DNA of 63,405 nucleotides, the filler included, from Octopus bimaculoides (Eukaryota): the NCBI RefSeq assembly GCF_001194135.2. It is 9 parts of 8 records of this genome, joined end to end, with 100 filler letters (N's around TTAATTAATTAA, not from the genome) between each part and the next. Parts side by side here need not be neighbours in the genome. Positions count along the whole stretch, not along the records: positions 57,844 to 60,574 come from NC_069001.1; positions 60,675 to 61,801 come from NW_026340541.1; positions 61,902 to 63,405 come from NC_069002.1; 6 more parts are not named here. One strand, given 5' to 3'. Positions 57,844 through 63,405 of the stretch are shown piece after piece. Under the pieces are notes generated by a model that was not told where the DNA came from, did not search any database, and saw nothing but the letters and a program-made list of their open reading frames with translations. Every line of letters begins with the position of its first letter. Positions within the stretch are counted from its first letter, which is position 1. A program made the translations under genes and the position numbers.

Positions 57844-59611
57844 GGCGTTTAAATATTTGATTTGTCATCTGAGAGATAGAAAAGAGAAGAGAGAGAGAGA
57901 GAGAGTGGTGAGAGAGCGGAGAGTGTGTGAGTGATAGAAGCAGAAGCGTTAAATTATAGGAACGTTATGCAATGGAGCTGAATATAAAATAAACACGAAC
58001 GGGAATAAAAGCAAGTTTAACCGAAACAGTAAATATAACAGTTAGCGATTCACGGAATGCTGTGGAGTTACCGTAGCAATGGCGATATTGTGGTTTACCA
58101 TGAAAAGTTTCATTCAGTTTATACGTAAACACAAAACTAAACATTAAACCGAACAGAATTAAGTCGCACACTGGATGAAATTGCAAAAACCACTACATGT
58201 GTACTTTAAGCTCTAAATGATGGAAACTGAGAATTTTACGAGCGCTTCCTTTGTGATGCTCCAATACCCCCATATAACACCATGAGGGGTGGAACGGATC
58301 GGGAGTCATGCTGAAGAATAAATAATGGTGAAATACCTGCATATTTGATGTGTAACATTAAAACCAGCTAATGTGACCTCAGCTACATTTAATGCTATGT
58401 CTATCTTTCTTACACACCCAGGAATTATTGCATATGCGCTCCCAACACACAGACATATCTATACATACGTACATGTCCGTGTGTGTGTGTGTGTGTGTGT
58501 GATATAACACTGTTAATAGAAATAGCGTAAATGTGAACCAGCGTTGCACAAAACTGCAGCTGCTCCTACATGGATTCTGTAGCAAAAGAAAGCATTCTCG
58601 TACGAGCAATTATATATATTTTTCTTCCTCTCTATGTAATTGTGACAAGTATGACCCTACTATCAAAACGAACATATATATTTTTAAAGCATTACTTTAT
58701 ACGTTGAAACCTATTCCCCAGATGAAATTTAAGAAAATTAATTCTATTCTAAAGTTGTACTGAAAATTGGAAAACGATGCTGTAGGGAAAACGACATTTT
58801 AGGAAGGAATCTCAACTTGAGCCAACGTGAATATCCATCGCCCACGTTACTGATTTTAACTGAAGCAGAATGATCTCATCATTATGATGATGATGTTTCA
58901 ATCGGCCTTACTCTTCAATGAAGAAATATTTGGGCATGAAGAAGGAGTATGTTTACTTTCCCCATGAACATCGAAATGAGAGAGTTTGTCTTGAAAACAA
59001 AAACTGTGTCTAATAACTGGATTGAGTGAAGGTGTTAGATTGAATACTCTCCACATTTACTAGTTATCAAACCAATTAACATTTAGTTTTATGGAGTAAC
59101 CTAAGGGGTAGTGTGTATGGTGGACACAGACCTGGAAATAAGTGATGAAATTTAAGAGACTGTTGTTGGATAGTACGCCCAAATAACATTAGATATAATT
59201 TTGCAGGTGGATGTGGACTCGATACGTCGTCTGGCTTAAGAACCCCACCTGGTTCCGTGGTTAGCTTCAATGAGTTCTACTCTGTTGCACATAATTAGGT
59301 CAGGTAACCATATTAAAGAGAGCATCGTCCCATCTTTCTACCAATCTAACAAGTCTCCTAAAGGGGTATAGTCACTCTCTTCTCACCCTCTTGGGTGAAG
59401 CAAAGACAAAAAGCATTTTGGACAGGATAGCCATCACTTGCAAAACTAAAAATATATACATATATAACTGCTGCTCTGTGAGTGGGATTAGGGTAAATAG
59501 ATGGGTTTCTAAGGACACTGGATCAATCAAAGTTCAAACATTGTATACTTTAATAAAAAGCATGTCCTGTACATTATCTACCTATCGGACAATCGAGGCG
59601 TTTCTGTAGAC

Positions 59612-59677
<66 letters not shown>

Positions 59678-59851
59678 CCCTGTATGTATTTATGTATGTA
59701 TGTATATATGTATGTACATATGTGTGTATATACAGACAAAGAAACAAATAGATTAAGCGGGATACGCAACTAGACACTTAGATAGTTACATATATACATA
59801 CACACGTATTACATTGCATATATACGCACATAACCATACACACACACACTC

Positions 59852-59882
<31 letters not shown>

Positions 59883-60515
59883 CATACATACATGCATATA
59901 TATATATATGTATACATGTATATACATATAGACAGGCACACACACATACATACGTACATACGTAATTATGCATACTCTCATACAGTTTATTTGCTTCAAT
60001 ATTCACGCTGTATCCAACATATTCACAAACGGCAACTACTCCAGAACGCACACATACCTACACAGTGAATCATACACAATCACACACACCCACCAACTCA
60101 CAGACGCACACACACATGCACATACACGCATTCAACCCTACACCGACACCTACACACACACAGATGAGCAAGCTTATATACGGCTACGAAAAAAGAAAAA
60201 TCATAAAATAATCGAAAGACCCGTGCAATTGAACAAACGCACTCCAATGTCGCAGAGTCTGTTTTCATGTTTCCAGTGAGAGTGGCTTTCAAGAATTTAA
60301 TAAATATATTTGTCGAACCATCACATTGCTTCTATTAAATTTAAATCCAAATTCAATATTGACAACAGCAGTGGGAGCAGCGAAAAGAAGCCGGAGTAAA
60401 ATGTCAGGTGAAACATTAAACAGAAAATAAAATGATTATCGTCATATCCATGTAAATATACTTATACATATATGCATGCATGTATGTATATGTAAATACA
60501 TACATATATATATAT

Positions 60516-60574
<59 letters not shown>

Positions 60575-60674
60575 NNNNNNNNNNNNNNNNNNNNNNNNNN
60601 NNNNNNNNNNNNNNNNNNTTAATTAATTAANNNNNNNNNNNNNNNNNNNNNNNNNNNNNNNNNNNNNNNNNNNN
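60575..60674. other. Artificial scaffold-concatenation linker
   Basis: 44 N + TTAATTAATTAA + 44 N. Confidence 0.95.
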
Positions 60675-60676
60675 TC

Positions 60677-61643
60677 CGCCAGATATTTTTCGTCTGTGTC
60701 ATTTTCATGATTATATCCGTTTCTGTTTATATTTATCAATTTGAATATAATCTGAAGGACCTACAAAACATTTCGGACTCGACTTCAACAACAGAGAAGT
60801 TTGTTTCCAACACAAGGAATTCCTCTCGGTTGTTTCCAAGTAAACAGCCTGGAAACGATCGTATCGAAGCTCAAATGAAATATGTCCTACCAACAGAGGA
60901 AAGATGGGAAAGTTATAAACGGAATAGGCACCAAAATCAGTCAGATGCTGATCGAAATGTAAAGTTAAAACCAATTAGCCGAAAGTTTAAAACGTTGTTA
61001 ATATACAGTTTATTGTATCTGCAACCATTGAAGGAAAATCAAGAGAGTTTCCTGGAATATAATTGTCCAGTTAATGAATGTTTAATCACAAACAACAAAT
61101 CAAAGCAAAATAGTGTAGATGCTATTTNNNNNNNNNNAAGCAAAATAGTGTAGATGCTATTTTCTTTTATGAGAGAGTGGGAATATCACAGAAACCAAAG
61201 CACACGAACCAAATATGGATTTTTATGACACACGAGTGTCCTGTTTTCAGCCCATCAGTGAGACACCTGGGGAACAGAATCAACTGGACGATTACTTATC
61301 GGTGGGACAGTACGATTGTATATCCTTACAGGAAATTTCAATATTTTTACAAGTCAGTAAGACAAAAAGTACAATTTCAAAATTATGCAACGGGAAAAAC
61401 AAAGAAGGTTGCTTGGTTCGTATCGAACTGTGGTCCAAGCAACAATCGAATGGGTTATGCTAAAGAGCTCGGAAAATATATCCAGGTGGATATTTACGGT
61501 AGATGTGGTACAAAAGTTTGCACGAGAAAGAATGAAAATAAATGTTTTGAGATGTTAAAAAAGGAATATAAATTCTATTTGGCATTCGAAAATTCCAATT
61601 GTAGAGATTATATTACTGAAAAATTTTTCGTTAATGGATTGAA
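60677..61643 (+). CDS. Alpha-1,3-fucosyltransferase (GT10, FucTA-like), partial: TM anchor, stem and most of the catalytic domain
   Basis: RQIFFVCVIFMIISVSVYIY TM segment; CPVNECLIT; QIWIFMTHECP; INWTITYRWDSTIVYPY; KKVAWFVSNC; VDIYGRCG; YKFYLAFENSNCRDYITEKFF (GT10 signature). Donor AA|GTAAGT at 61643/61644. The start lies off-scaffold; the frame is restored by collapsing the false gap. Confidence 0.92.
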
Positions 61644-61801
61644 GTAAGTACTTGAATTTTAAACCTGTGTGTCTTTGTATTTGAATTAATGAGATTAAGT
61701 AATGCTTTTCGAATGGCTCTCCTTTTTCAGAGTTGGTCATTTCCCTATAGTTAATGTTTAATTAAATGAAACTCTATCAACGATATGGGTACACTTTGCG
61801 G

Positions 61802-61901
61802 NNNNNNNNNNNNNNNNNNNNNNNNNNNNNNNNNNNNNNNNNNNNTTAATTAATTAANNNNNNNNNNNNNNNNNNNNNNNNNNNNNNNNNNNNNNNNNNN
61901 N
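61802..61901. other. Artificial scaffold-concatenation linker
   Basis: 44 N + TTAATTAATTAA + 44 N. Confidence 0.95.
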
Positions 61902-61969
61902 TATACATACATATATATATATATATAATTTTACAAACCAATTTTAATTGGTTTGTGTGTGTGTGTATG

Positions 61970-62007
<38 letters not shown>

Positions 62008-62399
62008 GTTGCTTTCTCGTATAAGGGCAAAGCCATTGCTAGAGAGAATCATTGAAATAAGTCACTGATGCAATGTGAGGTCGTTATATGACTCTTGAGT
62101 CCCGCCAAACATTTGCCCATTTTATGGCATAATGCTCAGTTGTACTGGCTGACAAAAAGAACCAGTGTCACAGTACGAAGTCTTTTAACATTTTTTAAAA
62201 ATCCTCAAACTGAACGAAGCATCTTTCCACAGGCTGCGCAAGTTCTGTCGTCAACAACAGGTGTATCACAATTTACACACACACATACACACATAACACA
62301 TATATATAATATATATGTGTGTAATATATATAATATATACATACACACACGTGTGTGTATTATATATAATTATATATATATATACACACACACATGCAT

Positions 62400-62650
62400 A
62401 TATGGGTACAGGACGTCGCCAACGGTTCAAACAACATGAAACGAGTTAAATATGTAAACAACGAGAAAAAAATGGAAAACAAGACAAGTAAACAGAGCGA
62501 AAGGACCCCTCATCAGTTGTTGCCTATCCATCTGCACCTCATTTCGAGCATTCGGTGACAATATGAGTCTTCAAAGACAGTTGCTCCCATAAATTCTAAA
62601 ATAAAATTTAGGATGTACGGAGGGTCAAAGCTGGGAACAAAAATAGGACA
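62400..62650 (-). mobile_element. Probable PLE pseudo-LTR fragment with degenerate HHR-like cores
   Basis: Minus strand tTGAAGActcatattgtcaccgaatgctcGAAAtgagg...caaCTGATGAgggg..., ending gacgtcctgtacccatatatgcatg next to microsatellites. Confidence 0.4.
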
Positions 62651-63078
62651 TTAGAGGCGTACAAGGAAATCGAAGGAAAACAAACATGGAAGGTTGTTAG
62701 ACCAGGACGAGAGGAAAATAGTGAACGCGACAAGAAACATTTTTTTTAAGAGGAAACATAGCAGAGAGAAAAGAAAAACGTTCGCTCTTTTGAACGTCCG
62801 TGCAGTAAAAGAAATATGGACGATGGTCACGTGTGAGCAACGAGAGAGACAGAAAAAAAGAGAAAGAGGGAGAGAGAGAGAGAGATAGAAAATGGTGAAG
62901 GAGGGAGGGGAAAAGGGAATTAGAAAAGGATGGAGAGAGAAAACAGTATAGAGAAGAGAGTCGCATCAAAAGGGTGACGATAAACTTACTTAGAAATGGA
63001 TGCGTAGCGTTCAATTAAGCAATAAATAATGTACAGTATAGTATAGTGTAATATAGTCTATATATATATATATATATG

Positions 63079-63405
63079 ACCGGCAGAGCGGAAATGGCAC
63101 GAGACCGGGGTGTCGTTGCCGAGTCTGATGTCTTGGAGGTGCTCTGCAAATGTCAGCCAAGCAGCGTCCTGTTTGACCGATGTACATGGAAGGGCAGAAA
63201 GAGCAGGAGATGCAGTAAATGATGTTACTAGAAGGGCAGATAAAGGAGTCGGTGATGTGATAGGGACGACGATGGGAGCCTGTGAGGATGGTGGTGTTGG
63301 AGAGGTAGGAGCAAGTGCGACAGCGTGGGAGGTGGGTTAGGGAAGAAACTGTGGACCAGGAGGTGACGCAGGTTATGGGCTCGTTTGAAGGAGGGAACGA
63401 GTAGG
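63079..63405 (-). mobile_element. Penelope-like element C-terminal Cys-rich linker and GIY-YIG endonuclease (Neptune-like)
   Basis: Translation FKRAHNLRHLLVHS...FICPSSNIIYCISCSFCPSMYIGQTGRCLA../.EHLQDIRLGNDTPVSCHFRSAGH, truncated at (TA)n. Confidence 0.85.

Overview
AT-rich, microsatellite-dense eukaryotic genomic DNA. The SINE, RTE and Penelope-like repeat families and the gene content point to an octopod cephalopod (Octopus-like); this is inferred, not searched. The window is not one locus. Eight artificial 100-bp linkers (44 N + TTAATTAATTAA + 44 N) join nine independent scaffolds: 1-22771, 22872-33924, 34025-42466, 42567-48159, 48260-55405, 55506-57743, 57844-60574, 60675-61801 and 61902-63405. 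Supported host genes are a PGAP4/TMEM246 GPI GalNAc-transferase (5927-7216, +, no in-frame ATG before its first TM segment), the first coding exon of a nicotinic acetylcholine receptor subunit (37658-37954, -), a GT10 alpha-1,3-fucosyltransferase exon split by a false gap (60677-61643, +), an unidentified His/Pro-rich internal exon (54702-55249, +) and a tentative orphan spliced gene (30852-30542 / 26122-25882, -). The rest is decayed mobile DNA: two RTE families, CR1/L2 fragments, three tRNA-derived SINE families, Tc1/mariner, hAT, Chapaev3-like, Helitron and several Penelope-like elements (PLEs). The most interesting theme is hammerhead-ribozyme (HHR) cores in several distinct PLE-type repeats. 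One is a composite element with a tRNA-like Pol III head, an (AAT)n linker and an HHR tail. There are also three insertions with inverted 5' ends, two of them with 13-14 bp target-site duplications (TSDs), and several perfect fold-back palindromes. No rRNA, bona fide tRNA gene or CRISPR array was seen.
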